Of a stretch of 64,000 nucleotides of DNA, positions 32,375 through 45,200 are shown in pieces. The notes beneath the pieces are model-generated. The model was not told the origin of the DNA and did no database searches. It saw only the letters and a list, made by a program, of their open reading frames with translations. How positions within the stretch are numbered: the stretch's first letter is position 1; each line of letters opens with the position of its first letter. Source of the DNA: Piromyces finnis finn (Eukaryota; Fungi; Neocallimastigomycota); the NCBI GenBank assembly GCA_002104945.1, contig MCFH01000088.1, positions 63,660-127,659 on the forward strand, given 5' to 3'. The translations under genes and the position numbers were made by a program.

Positions 32375-35184
32375 TTTATTCTCTAGTTCTTGGTCTTGGA
32401 GCACAACGAAGAATATCATCAACTCTAAGAATCATTTCAGCGGCTTCAGATGCAGATAATAAAACTTGACGCTTTAACTTTAATGATTCAGTAATTCCTA
32501 ACTTACGCATACAATCAATCTTACCATTGTACATATCTATCAAAAATAATAATTAATATTAATATTTTTATATCATAAAAAAAAATAAAAATAAAAAATA
32601 AAAATAAAAAAAACTAGAATATTAATTTTATTATTTATCAATGTATGTTTTGATAATCTACCTAAACCGTAAGAACTCTTTCCATCATAATGAGCAGCAC
32701 GAAGTTGAGCAACTAATTCAGAACTATCGTAACCAGCGTTATCAGCTAAAATAGTTGGAATCTTTTATTGTTGTGTAGTAGGGTTATTGTATTTAATGTG
32801 TATAAAATTCATTTTGTTTTTTATTATAATATTTATATTAAATATTAAAATGAACAAAAAATAAAAAATAATTAAAATATTTATATAAATAAAAAAAACA
32901 TAAATAATAAATAAAATAATATATATTATATATTTTGATAAAATTGTACTTACTTGTCTAAGAGCACGAGCAAAGGATTCCATAGCTAATGCCTTCTTAC
33001 CTGGAGTAACAGCAGCTAATTCATCAACAGCTTTAGACATAAGAACTTCAGAACAACCACCACCTAAAACTGTACTAGTTTCCTTAACAGTTTGACTTAA
33101 AACACATAAGGCATCATGAATAGAACGATCAGCTTCATCTAAGATTTGATTGGTAGCACCACGTAATACAATAGTACAAGCTTCACCAGCTGCAACACCA
33201 GAGAATCTAATAAGTTTATCTTCACCAATAATAATTTCTTCAATTAAATCACAGTGACCAAGCTTAACAAGTTCTGGGTGATCGAAAGTAGAAGCAATTT
33301 CACCACCTATGATCATTGTCATTAGTTTACATATAATTCAATTATTTATATAATATATATAATATATGTAAATATTTAACAGCACTATAAATTACTCTAA
33401 TATTTATTGAGAATCTTCTTAAATATAAACTCTATCTAAATAATTTAATTACCAGTAACTAAAGCTAAACGTTCAACACCATCGAAATCGGCATGTTCAA
33501 TAGACATGATGTTGGAATCAGCAAATAATTGTTCTGGCCAGTTGTAAATTAATTGACGATTAACAAAACAATTAATACCATGAGCCTTGATTTTTTCAAC
33601 TTTTTCCTTCATCTTTTCCTATATTAATTTATTTGTTTGTATGTTTGTTTGTTTGTTTATTTATTACTGATGTTGTTGAATTTAAATAATATAAAATATT
33701 TATATATTAATAATAAAATAATGATTACCTTTTCAGCTCTTTCTAATTCAGCAAGTTTACCAGTAGCATCAACACGAACTCTAGCTCCGAAAATCTTGAT
33801 CTTATCAGTATCCATAGCTATTATTTTAAAAATATTTATATTTCATTTAATAAAATATTTACTTGTTTATTTCTAAAATATTTAATATGATATTTTTATA
33901 ATAATTACGAGTGTTAGCAATTAAAATGTTAGCATTTTCAATTCTTTTTGGTTGGTTAACACCAATCTTCTTATCTAAAATAAAACCATCATCTAAATAA
34001 GAATCAGTAAGACGACCACCAGCCTTCTTAATAATTTGAATACTATCTAAATTGGTGCTTCCCTGTTTTAAATAAATTCAAATATTTATATTTATTATAT
34101 ATATATTATTGTCATTATTGTTATGATTATTAATGATAGTGATATTGTAATTATACATTAATAAAAAAAATTATATTCAAATACAATTTATTGTTAATTT
34201 ATAAGCAAAACAATTATTCAAATACTTAAAATAACAATATATATTACCTTTAAACGAAGAACGGCATTAACAGCAAGATTAGCAAAGTAATCTTTATCAG
34301 TTGATAAAACTTTAGAACTTAAAGTAGTTCTAGCAATGTTAAGAAGATCTTCCTTAAACTTTTCTTGATCTTGACTATTTTTGTATTTCGATTATGATAT
34401 AATTAAATCATCAATTCATTAATACTTTAATTTAGAACTATTTATCTACTAAATTTCAATTATGTACTTACCCATTATCAACAGCAGATTGTTCTAAAGC
34501 CTTTTGAGCAGCTTGAGCAGCAAGACGATAACCTTCAATAATGGTTTGTGGATGAATTTTTTTGTTAACTAATTTTTCAGCTTCTCTTAAAAGTTCAGAA
34601 GCAAGAACACAAACAGAAGTAGTACCATCACCAACTTCATCATCTTGAACCTTTGAAATATCTATAATTAACAATCAAAAAAATAAAAAAAAAAAAAGAA
34701 TCAAGGATATAATAGATATGATATATTCTTAAATAAAACAATAATTATTCATTATTTTTCATTTTTCATATTAAAAAGGATACTGACAAGAACCTTAGCA
34801 GCAGCATTATCTAAGGCAATAGACTTAAGGATAGTAGCACCATCATTAGTAACTTGAATATTTTCAGTGTTAGAAGTAGATTGAAGAATTTTATCCTATA
34901 ATAAAAGCATAATGTTATATATAAATTTAGATATTTATATTTTTAAAATCATTCTTCTACACTATTATTGTACAACATACCATTCCCTTTGGACCTAAAG
35001 TGGATTTTAATAAATCACCAATAGCAATGGCACCAATGAAAGAGGCCTAAGTGATATATATAAATTAATAAAAATAATTTCTTAAAAAATAAATTTATAC
35101 TAATATTATGTTAAAAAAGCAAATACATACCATACGAGCATTTTCAGCCTTTTCTTCAGTAGCGTTTTCTTGAAAGATTTGAGA
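32375..35184 (-). CDS. CCT2: T-complex protein 1 subunit beta (CCT-beta), multi-exon; the exon carrying the start codon was not resolved
   Basis: Contains [51 protein letters not shown] and ends [17 protein letters not shown]. Confidence 0.95.
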
Positions 35185-37100
35185 CTAATTGATAATTGTA
35201 ATTTTAGAATATTATAGAAATAAGGAAAAATATCAATTTACAATAGATCATATTTTAAATATTATAAAATTTTAAATATATTTAGAAAAAAAAATATATT
35301 TTTATATTAATTCATTACTATTTGAATTAATTATCTCATTTTTTTACAAATTATATAATGATATGATGATATGTGAATATATAGCTCAAATTAATAAAAT
35401 ATTATAAATGTAATTACTAAAAATTGAAATAATTGTTTTAAATAGTTGCAATATTATAGTATATATATTATATTATATTTTTAATCATTTATTTTATTTA
35501 AATCTTATTGTTAATTTACCCATTTAACATGTTAAATATGGATATACTTTTACATAATTTAAATCTTTATTCATAAATTAATATTGAAAATTTTGATTAT
35601 TGATATTCATTCATTTCAAAAAAAAAAAAGAAGAAGAAGAAAAAAATGCTTATTCCAATTTACTACACAATAAATAAAAAATTGACTGTATTATTAATAT
35701 TCATTTTTAAAAAAAAAAAAGATTTGATTCATCCTGTGACTTATTTTGCTGATTTTAAAGTAAACCTCATATAATTGTTGCTAATATACATATTAATTAA
35801 TTTAATTAATTTAATTCTTTAGAAATATTTACCATTATTTTATATTATATAATTAGAAAGTGATTGTTCAACAAAAACTTAATTATTGTTTCGAATAATT
35901 AATTGTCTATATTCTTTACTTCTTTAATATTTTTAAAATTATATACTTTGAATTTTCTTATTTATAATCAATAGAATATTTATAAGAAAATGTATAATCC
36001 TTTCAAATATAAAATACGAAGTTAGGACTTGTTTGATGTGTTATATAATAGATCAAACCAAAATATTATAATAATATTGTATTATATAAACTAAAACTTT
36101 TTTTTTTGTATTAAAATTAAAATAAAAATTATTCAATTTAATTAAGATATATATTATAATTAATTATAATATATTTAATAAATTAATTAATTATTTAATA
36201 TATTTTTTATTTCTTATTTCTTGTATAATACACTAATAAAAAATCAATAATTGTAATATTAAATTTCTATACTATAACCAGTATTATACTGGCTAAAATA
36301 AAAAGGTTTTACCTATTATAACCTAAATTTTAGTAATAAATAATAAATCTACTAATTCATTTATTATATATATCAAGTATAATATATTATATATAACATT
36401 TCTAATAAACCTCAAATTAGCCTATAAATGATATAAAAACTATAGAAATAAATTATATATATAGAACCATAAAGAAAGAATCATTCATCCAATCATAAAA
36501 TAAAATAATATATAATTCAATGTACAATAAATTAAAAATTATTAAATAAATGTATTGTACATTAAACATAAAGGTTAGAATTCCAAAATAATGTGGATTA
36601 TTTAGATTATAAAGGGTTACACAACATAAAAGTAAATAATTAATACATTTATTAAAAATTGACTTTGTTCAAAGTTATTAAATCTTATTTATGTACTGAA
36701 TAAAATATTATTACTTATTGAAACTAATGTGTTTTCTTTAAATAGCTAAGAATGTATTTAATTTTAATATAACTCCTTTATAATTAACTTTTTTCTTTTC
36801 TTTTCTTTCTTAAAATTATAATTAATTTTCAAAAAATTAAGTGAATAAATAAAAATGCAAACTTTTATATAAATATTTTTTTATATTATATCAATTTTAT
36901 TTTAATTTTCTAAATATAAAAAACCATTTGTAGACAAGATTAAATAAACTTCTTGAATTTTTACAAATAATAGCAAAATAATAACAATAATAATATTTTA
37001 TATGTCATTGATACTTTTGTGATAAACTTAAAAGTTATGTAGTTATTGAATTTTATGTAATATAGAGCTATATTGATTTTTTACTCGATTAAAATATGAG

Positions 37101-37135
<35 letters not shown>

Positions 37136-38095
37136 GAATATTAATAAGGATTAAACATAAATGGACGAAAAAAATAATATATCTTATTATCATTAATTCA
37201 TAAAAAGGAAAATAACGTTACTATTATTACAATATTTAATTTTTTAATTAGAATTTAATATAAAGTTTTATCAAGAGTTAAAATTGTGATTAAAATTAAT
37301 TGTGTATATCTTACATTTTCTTCAGCATTAACGTGTTGTTGTTACTTTACTTGAATATTGATTAACCATCATTGATCAATAAAGAACGTAAATTATTATA
37401 ATAGTTAGAAGTTTTACTATGATTATCAAAAATAGAGATATTTCCTAATTTCTTGATTAAATTGGATTTTTATATTTATTTTTTTCTTATTCCTTTGAAT
37501 TGCAGTAATTATTAAACTTTTTCTTTCAAGAAGTAATTTAAATATACCTATATTTTAAAATACTAAAAAAATTAATAAAAATGTATATATTCATTGTATT
37601 ATATTATAATTACCATTAATTAAATTGTTAAATAATTGTTCAAATTTAAATAATTAGAAATATCATCTTCACTATTAAACACTATTATTATTGATAGTTT
37701 TGAATAACTTTATTAAAAAAAATAATTTAATATTTGAGCCAGACTATTGATACGCATAATACAGATAGATTATATTTTGGATATTTGATTAACCAATGTT
37801 AATTTTTTGATAACCACTTTTGCTACGTGGTAGTAATTCGGACAAATTGAATCAATTGACTATTTTATTAAATGTATTTTTTAAACATAACTATTTCTTG
37901 ATTTCAATAAATCTAGTAAATATTATATTAGAATTTTCATTCAATAACACGAAAAGACAAAAAGGTTTTATTTTTTTTTTATTTTTTTTTTTTTATTATT
38001 TTTCTTTCTTAATGTTATTAAGAGTGTAAGTATTAACTTATAATAAAATTTTTAAAATAAATTTTTCAATGTAAAAAAAAATAAACATTTTAAAA

Positions 38096-38177
38096 CGTCA
38101 GCTGCAGGGTTTGAACCTGCGCGGGCAAAGCCCATCAGATTTCAAGTCTGACTCCTTAACCACTCGGACAAACTGAC
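38096..38177 (-). tRNA. tRNA-Ser(UGA), intronless, with variable arm
   Basis: The minus strand reads GTCAGTTTGTCCGAGTGGTTAAGGAGTCAGACT-TGA-AATCTGATGGGCTTTGCCCGCGCAGGTTCAAACCCTGCAGCTGACG. Acceptor, D, anticodon (TCAGA/TCTGA), variable (GGGC/GCCC) and T stems are all present. A T-rich Pol III terminator follows. Confidence 0.97.
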
Positions 38178-38191
38178 TACATAATATTAAT

Positions 38192-39354
38192 TGATACGCT
38201 ACTCACATAAAAACATGATAAAAACTAGCTGAATAAACACGACTTAACCCATAGTAACTTATAATAAAAATAAACAATAATAACCCTTAAAGATGAATGA
38301 ATAATAATTTTATGAAAATATAACCCTTTCTTTAAATAAAAAATATTATCTTTATTATATAATAAATTCTGAGTAAAAACGACCTAATAGTGATAATAAT
38401 AAAATAAATTATTAAATAAAATAAATTATTAAATAAAATAAATTATTAAATAAAATAAATTATTAAATAAAATAAAACGACTTAATCCAATAATGTACTA
38501 AAATAATAAAATAATAATAAATAAATAAAAATGAATAAATAAACTAAAAATAAAATGATATACATCAAATTATTAATTCTAGTGTTTATCCAAGTGTTCT
38601 TTAGAAATTCTCTTAAACTTATAAATTAAAAAAAATAACTAATTGAGTAATTATTACTAAAATGATAAACTTAAAACCTGGAAATAGAACAATAATAACA
38701 ATTCCAAAGATAAAATACAGAACTCTTTTATGTTTCTGTATAAAATGAGTGTTTATAATAATTGATACTTTTAATATTTTAATTTTGTTAAATTTTTATT
38801 TTAATTTTATTTTAATTTTATTTTAATATTATTTTAATTTTAAATTTTAATTATTTTATTCAAGGTATTATACATTTAATGATAGTCAATGATAATTTAT
38901 AATAATTTTTCTAAATTTAAACATTTTGAAGTAATAAGAAAATCAAATAAGTAATATTCTATAATATTTTATAATACTAAGACATAATTTTAATTTATTC
39001 TTTTAATTTTAATAAATAATAACAATAGTTATAATAGCATTTAATAGTTAAAAATAATAATACCTGTAATAAATGAAAATGTATAAAAGGAAGATAAAAT
39101 TCTTCTTTATAAAGGGCGGACAATAAATAGAGAATAAAAAGACTATAAATAGACAATAAATAAATTATAAATATAATAAAGAGATAATTTAAACATAATA
39201 AAAAGAGTTTATTTTCGAGTTTTTGAGTGATTTATTTGTTAATTATAAAACATATTTTATTTTATTTTAAATTTATTGTTTCATCATTATAATATAGAAT
39301 TTATTATTTATTAAAAACATTATATTATTCACAAATATATCGGTCAACGCATCA
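38192..39354 (+). repeat. 5' LTR (1163 bp)
   Basis: Direct repeat of 46953-48108. It contains four copies of a 17-bp unit (38401-38468) versus three in the 3' LTR. Confidence 0.95.
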
Positions 39355-39362
39355 TAAAATTT

Positions 39363-39379
39363 TGGTGGAGAATCCGGGC
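39363..39379 (+). promoter_or_regulatory. Primer-binding site, probably for tRNA-Ala
   Basis: TGGTGGAGAATCCGGGC is complementary to ...GCCCGGAUUCUCCA-CCA. The implied U70 and A73 fit tRNA-Ala (G3:U70). The tRNA identity is an inference. Confidence 0.75.
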
Positions 39380-39494
39380 GTGACCAAAGATATGAAAAAG
39401 AATAATATTAATAATAATACTAATAAATTCTAAGATATTAAGCGTTTATAAAAAAACAGTTTACACTTAATTTAATTTTATTATATATTCTTCT

Positions 39495-39526
<32 letters not shown>

Positions 39527-40392
39527 AAAAAAAAATTTAATTATATATATAAAAGGAAATATATATAATTTTAAAATTATAAAAATTTTAATATTTCTAA
39601 AAAGGGTATTTAAGAAATTAAAGATTAAGTGATTAATAGTTAGTCATATACGTTACACAAGGAAGAAAATTTCTATAATTCCTATAATCGTTTCCGTTCT
39701 TATTATTAATAAGGATAACTTAATCCATTCAGTTAGTTTGTTATATTTCTGATCTATCCAGGGGATCAGTGTGATAGTAAAAACTAGGAAAAAAAGTTAA
39801 TCCTTCTCAGCAGTTAATAATAAGATCATAATTTGAATTAAATATACAATTTTTATTTCTTAATTAAGAGAATAAATTAATTCACCAGTGCTTATTTGTA
39901 GAGGCGGCTGTTGAATGAAAAACTTCTTAGCTTAAGGCTACCTACATATTAAGCGAATAATTTATTTCAATATTCTTAATTATTGACTAAAAATTTTTTA
40001 ATTTAAATTATAACAAAAAAAAAATAGTAAGTATATATTGGTTGTTGTTATATAATAGACTGAGTTCGAAATATAGCAATAATTAAAGCAATTATTATTT
40101 AGAGAGTAAGGCGGGTACACACTCAGCAAGAGGGAGTAGGTATACTAGACAGCCTTTATTTGATTCTCAAGTAAGAGAGTAGCAAGTTCGGCTGAAAATC
40201 CTGAGTAAGGAGCAGAACTTTGGAAGTGAAAATTTATCATTTAAAGGTGGGGGTTTAGTAGGGATCCGAAAGTCTTTATAGTCACTGTGCCTCGGGTGCC
40301 TAAAAATAAATAAATAATTGTAACAATATATATAAACTATTATAATTAAATTAAATAAAAAAAAATATACATATTCTTATAAATTCCTAATT

Positions 40393-40432
<40 letters not shown>

Positions 40433-41022
40433 ATTCTTTCATTCTTCCTTGATCATTTAAAATTGAGAGTTAATAAATTGCATTTAAATTTATAATTAGA
40501 TATTATTCCGTAAAGCTTCTATTATTCCTGACTAATAATAATAATATAATATACTTTCTATAAAATACTTCTCTGATCTGATCTCATTCAATATTAAATT
40601 TCATTTATTTATATAATTTTTATAATTTATATAATCCATATAATATATATAATTTATACAATATATATATAGATTTCTGTTGTATTACTTATTTTTTATT
40701 CTTTTATTTTTCTTTAATATACTTCTCAATTTCTAAATAATTTTCTTTAATTTTTTTCAAAAAAAAAAAAAAAAAAAAAAAAAAATTTATAAATTTTATA
40801 TTATTTTATACTTTATCAATTTATCAATTATTTATATATTCAATTCTTTTCATTTTTAATTTTATAAATATTATTAATATTATTATATTATTAAAGTTCA
40901 AAACACATATATATATATATAATATATAAATTCCAATTATTTTCTTTATTATCATTTATTTCAAATTAAATTATTCTTTTATTTTAATTATTTTACCTTA
41001 TAAGAAATTTATATATACAAAA

Positions 41023-42249
41023 ATGAAGATCAGTGAAATTACTAAAATGCTACCCAGAATTGGTAGTCAAGATAGGGATATCGAAAGCTGGGCTGAAGAA
41101 TTCAGCAGAGTTATGGACCTATCTGACATCAATGATCCCAAAAAGATATTTGCTTAGGCAAAGGAAAGTGTCCAAGGTAGATTAAAAGGAATCATTGATG
41201 ACTTAAAAACAGAAAGTGATACTGGAACAAATTATCCTAGTATCGAAGATATTAAAGAGGCTATTGAAGAATACTTAGAAATCACGCCTCAAGAAAAATG
41301 CTTCAATGTTAAGTCTCTAAAAATTAGAAGAGGAGAAAGTATTAAGGATTTCAACTGGAGATACGGAAACTTATATAAAAATCTTAATGTTGGATCCCAA
41401 CTATTCATTACTGTTAAAGATTATACTAATTCCATCATTTCTCGTCCTTTCATTAGAACTCAAGTAATCACTGCCCAACCTAAAGATATAGAAGCTGCTT
41501 TTAAGGTTGCCGAATTAGCTGAATCAGCAACTGAAGTTCCTCAGTATCATAATGTTAATATGTTTACGGACAGCCAACCTTACTTTGATCCATATCAAAA
41601 CCAAAATTATAATCTATTTACTCAACATAGTGGTGGAACTAACTATAATTATTATAATAATAATGATAGTCCATATACTTATAATGGATATTATAATAAT
41701 AACTATAATAATAATAACTATAATAATAATTATGATAATAATAATTATGATAATAATAATAATTATAATAATTATAATATGCGATTCAATGGAAACTATA
41801 ATATGAGAAATCAACGTTTTAACAAAAGGAATAATTACAGAAATAATTACCCAAATAATTTCAATACTAATAATTATAATAATTATAATAATAATTATAA
41901 TAACTATCAAGGTGATCAAAATGCATATAATAATGGTTATAATAAATACCCTAATAATTCTAATACATTTAGTAACAATAATTATTCCAATATGGAAGAA
42001 AATAAATCATATCAAAATTCTAATAATTATTCTAATAATGCTAATAAAATGAATACTACTACTAATAAAGTTAATCAAACCACACCTCAAAGTCAAGTGA
42101 ATATGTTTAACCAGTCTCAAAGAAATAAATGCTTCAGATGTCAACAAGTAGGCCACAAAATGCAAGATTGCAAATATACGTTCCAAGAACTTGCAGAAAT
42201 GGAAAAACAAGGCCTTATAAACTCTAATCAAAATCATTTAAACTTATGA
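41023..42249 (+). pseudogene. gag: gag (capsid-like region, N/Y-rich region, CCHC zinc knuckle) with one in-frame TAG at codon 45
   Basis: ATG at 41023 reads MKISEITKMLPRIGSQDRDIESWAEEFSRV...KKIFA*AKESV. The frame stays open into ORF 41560..42249, which has CFRCQQVGHKMQDC. Confidence 0.85.
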
Positions 42250-42271
42250 ATGGGAGAAGGAATACTCCCAT
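42237..42271 (+). promoter_or_regulatory. Predicted -1 programmed ribosomal frameshift signal at the gag-pol junction
   Basis: T TTA AAC heptamer in the correct gag phase, a 6-nt spacer, then the hairpin ATGGGAG/CTCCCAT. Pol is in the -1 frame. Confidence 0.75.
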
Positions 42272-45200
42272 AAATCAAACCAATACTACTTTTGCTACAA
42301 TATCAGTACCAGTAAATGAAGAAATTACTATTCCAGTAATAAGAAAAGCTAAAAAGAATACTGATATTAAACCATATAAAAGAACTACCAAAGAAAAATT
42401 AAGTGATAATCCACAACCAATTAGAGTTCCAAGTAATGAGACTAGAGAACCATCAAATAATACTTATGAAGATATAATTGAAGTTCCAAATAATGAAGTA
42501 GAATTGGAGACTGTAATTGAAAATGAAAATAATAATAATAATAATAATCTTAATAATAATTATAATAATAATATTAATAATAATATGAGTATGAATAATG
42601 ACACTAATATAAATAATAATGAAAGTAATAAAATAGATAATAACATTAATGATAATAATATTAATAATAACACTAATTCAACAGAAGCATTAAAACAATT
42701 AGATCCTTCATTCATTAATCAACCCACTATAGATAAAGCTAAACGAAATAATAAAAAAGAACGGGAAAAGGAAATAATAGAATTAGCAAAAGAGATTGAA
42801 CTTCCAAGTCAAAAAGAAAAAGATGTACCAAATGAAAAAGGTACAAAAAGATTAGTTATATCAGCAGATCAAGAAAAATATAATATAACTAAAGATATAG
42901 GAGAAAAATTTGCAAATATAACAATAGGTCAACTACTTGAAATTAGTCCTAAATTAAAAACAGAACTTTCAAAAGCATTAAAATTTACTAAAATTATTGA
43001 GGATGAATCTACAATTCTTTCCACCATAAGAAAAGATAAAGTTGTGAAATCAAAATGCAAAATAGAAGGAATAGAAACTACTGTATATTTGGATTCCTGT
43101 TCATCTATAAATATGATTACTAGAAAGTTCCTATTAGAAAATAATATTCCATTAAAACCAGTTTCAAAAATTAGAGAGACTTTATATCAAGCTTATTCTA
43201 ATACTACTATTGAGTCGCATCTATACGAAATTGAAATTACTATTGGTGATATAACATCTATAGAAATATTTAGACTTATTGAGAAAGAAGATATATTCCA
43301 AGTTTTAATAGGTGTAGAAACTCTAGCCAATATGAAATTAATTATGGACTTTTCTGATCATACTTTATATCAGAAAACTGATGATATTCACAAAATCGGA
43401 TCCTTTGAAAGTATTAATGAAATGAATCCAATTAACTTAATAGAAGAATTTGATGAAGAAGTTAATCAAGGTGCATTAATATACTACTTAACTAGTCAGA
43501 ATGCTAAATATCAAGATTTAGAGATAAAAACTACTAATGATTCTAAACTACAACTTATTAATAAAATAGTAGACGAAGCACAAGAAGAAGCAAAAGACCA
43601 ATTAAAGAATCTTTTAGTAACCAATATAGATGTTTTAGCTAATGATACTGATGATTTGGGTAAATCAAAATTATTAGCTCATGAAATTAAATTAAATCAA
43701 GATGATCCTATTAAACAGAAAATGTATCGTATTTCTAATAAAGAACATATGGAAATTCTAAAAGAAGAAATAGGAAAGCTTTTAAAGAATGATTTAATAG
43801 AACCATCACAATCATCTTGGTCTTCTCCAGTTTTATTAGTACCAAAAAAGAATGGAAAATGGAGGATGTGTGTAGATTATAGAAAATTAAATTCTATAAC
43901 AATAAAAGATTCATATCCACTTCCATACATCGAAGAAATATTATTTTCTATTGGTAATAATGTAAAATATTTATCTACATTAGATTTATTCTCTGGTTTT
44001 CATCAAATACCAATGAAAAAAGAAGATATTGATAAAACATGTTTTACAACAATATTTGGAAATTATAATTACAAAGTAATGCCTTTTGGTTTATGTAATG
44101 CTCCAGCAACCTTTCAAAGAGAAATGAACCGTATATTTCTACCACTTATTGGAAAATGTTTATTTGTTTATATGGATGACCTTTTAGTATTTTCTCCAAG
44201 TCTTGAACAACATATATTAGATCTTCAAAAGGTTTTTAATATAATAAAAGAAAATGGTATAAAAGCAAATCTTTCTAAATGTCATTTCTTAAAACAAGAA
44301 GTAGAGGTCCTTGGTCATATTCTATCAGTAGAAGGTGTCAAACCAGTTGAAAAGAAAATTGAAACTATTAAAAATTGGAAGTCACCAACAAACCTTACAC
44401 AGCTAAGATCATTTTTAGGAGCTATAGGATATTACAGGAAGTTTATAAAAGATTTTGCCCAAATTGCTCATCCATTATTTAAATTATTAAAAAAGGGTAT
44501 GAAATTTGAATGGACATCTGAAACTGAACAAAGTTTCCAAATACTAAAAGAAAGACTGATTAAGTCTCCTATTTTAAAATATCCTGACTATGATAAATAT
44601 TTTATTATAAGAACTGATGCATCACTTAATGGTATTGGTGGTGTATTACTTCAAAAAGATGAAAATAATGTTGAACATCCAATTCATTATGTTAGTAGGT
44701 CTTTAAATGATAGTGAAATTAATTATAGTATAACTGACTTAGAAGGAACCGCAGCTTTTTATTGTTGTAAGAAATTTAAATCTTATATAAGTGGGAATAA
44801 AGAAGAAACGATATTATATACTGACCATAAACCTTTAGTTGGCTTATTTAATAATAAAGAACCAAATAATGCTCGTCAAACACGCTGGGTTACTACACTT
44901 AGTATGCTCAAGGTAAAAGTCAAATATGAACAAGGAAAGAAAAATGTAGTCGCTGATGCATTATCTAGACTAATACCAGACAATAAAAATGATATAAAAA
45001 TTTCACTAGCTACCTTTAATAATAATGATGGTGAAACTACTAAAAATAATATTTTAAATTCAAATAAAGATTTTTACTCTAAAAATAATGAAAATATAGT
45101 TTATTCTTGTAATTTTAATAATTCATGTATTAATGATAATGAAATAAATAAAAATAACAATATTAATCCCTATATTGATAAAAATATTGACTTTAATAAA

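Noticed and set aside
32765-33322. CCT2 ORF with an apparent hydrophobic C-terminal extension
   Set aside because: The ORF simply reads into an intron (donor near 32953), and CCT2 homology resumes in the next exon.
36270-36295. Hairpin CCAGTA-TTA-TACTGG as a Helitron 3' end
   Set aside because: No CTRR terminus follows at the expected distance and there is no other Helitron evidence.
41552-42237. Ile-rich ORFs overlapping gag (41552..41806, 41614..41919, 42007..42237)
   Set aside because: These are alternative-frame or antisense readings of AAT repeats.
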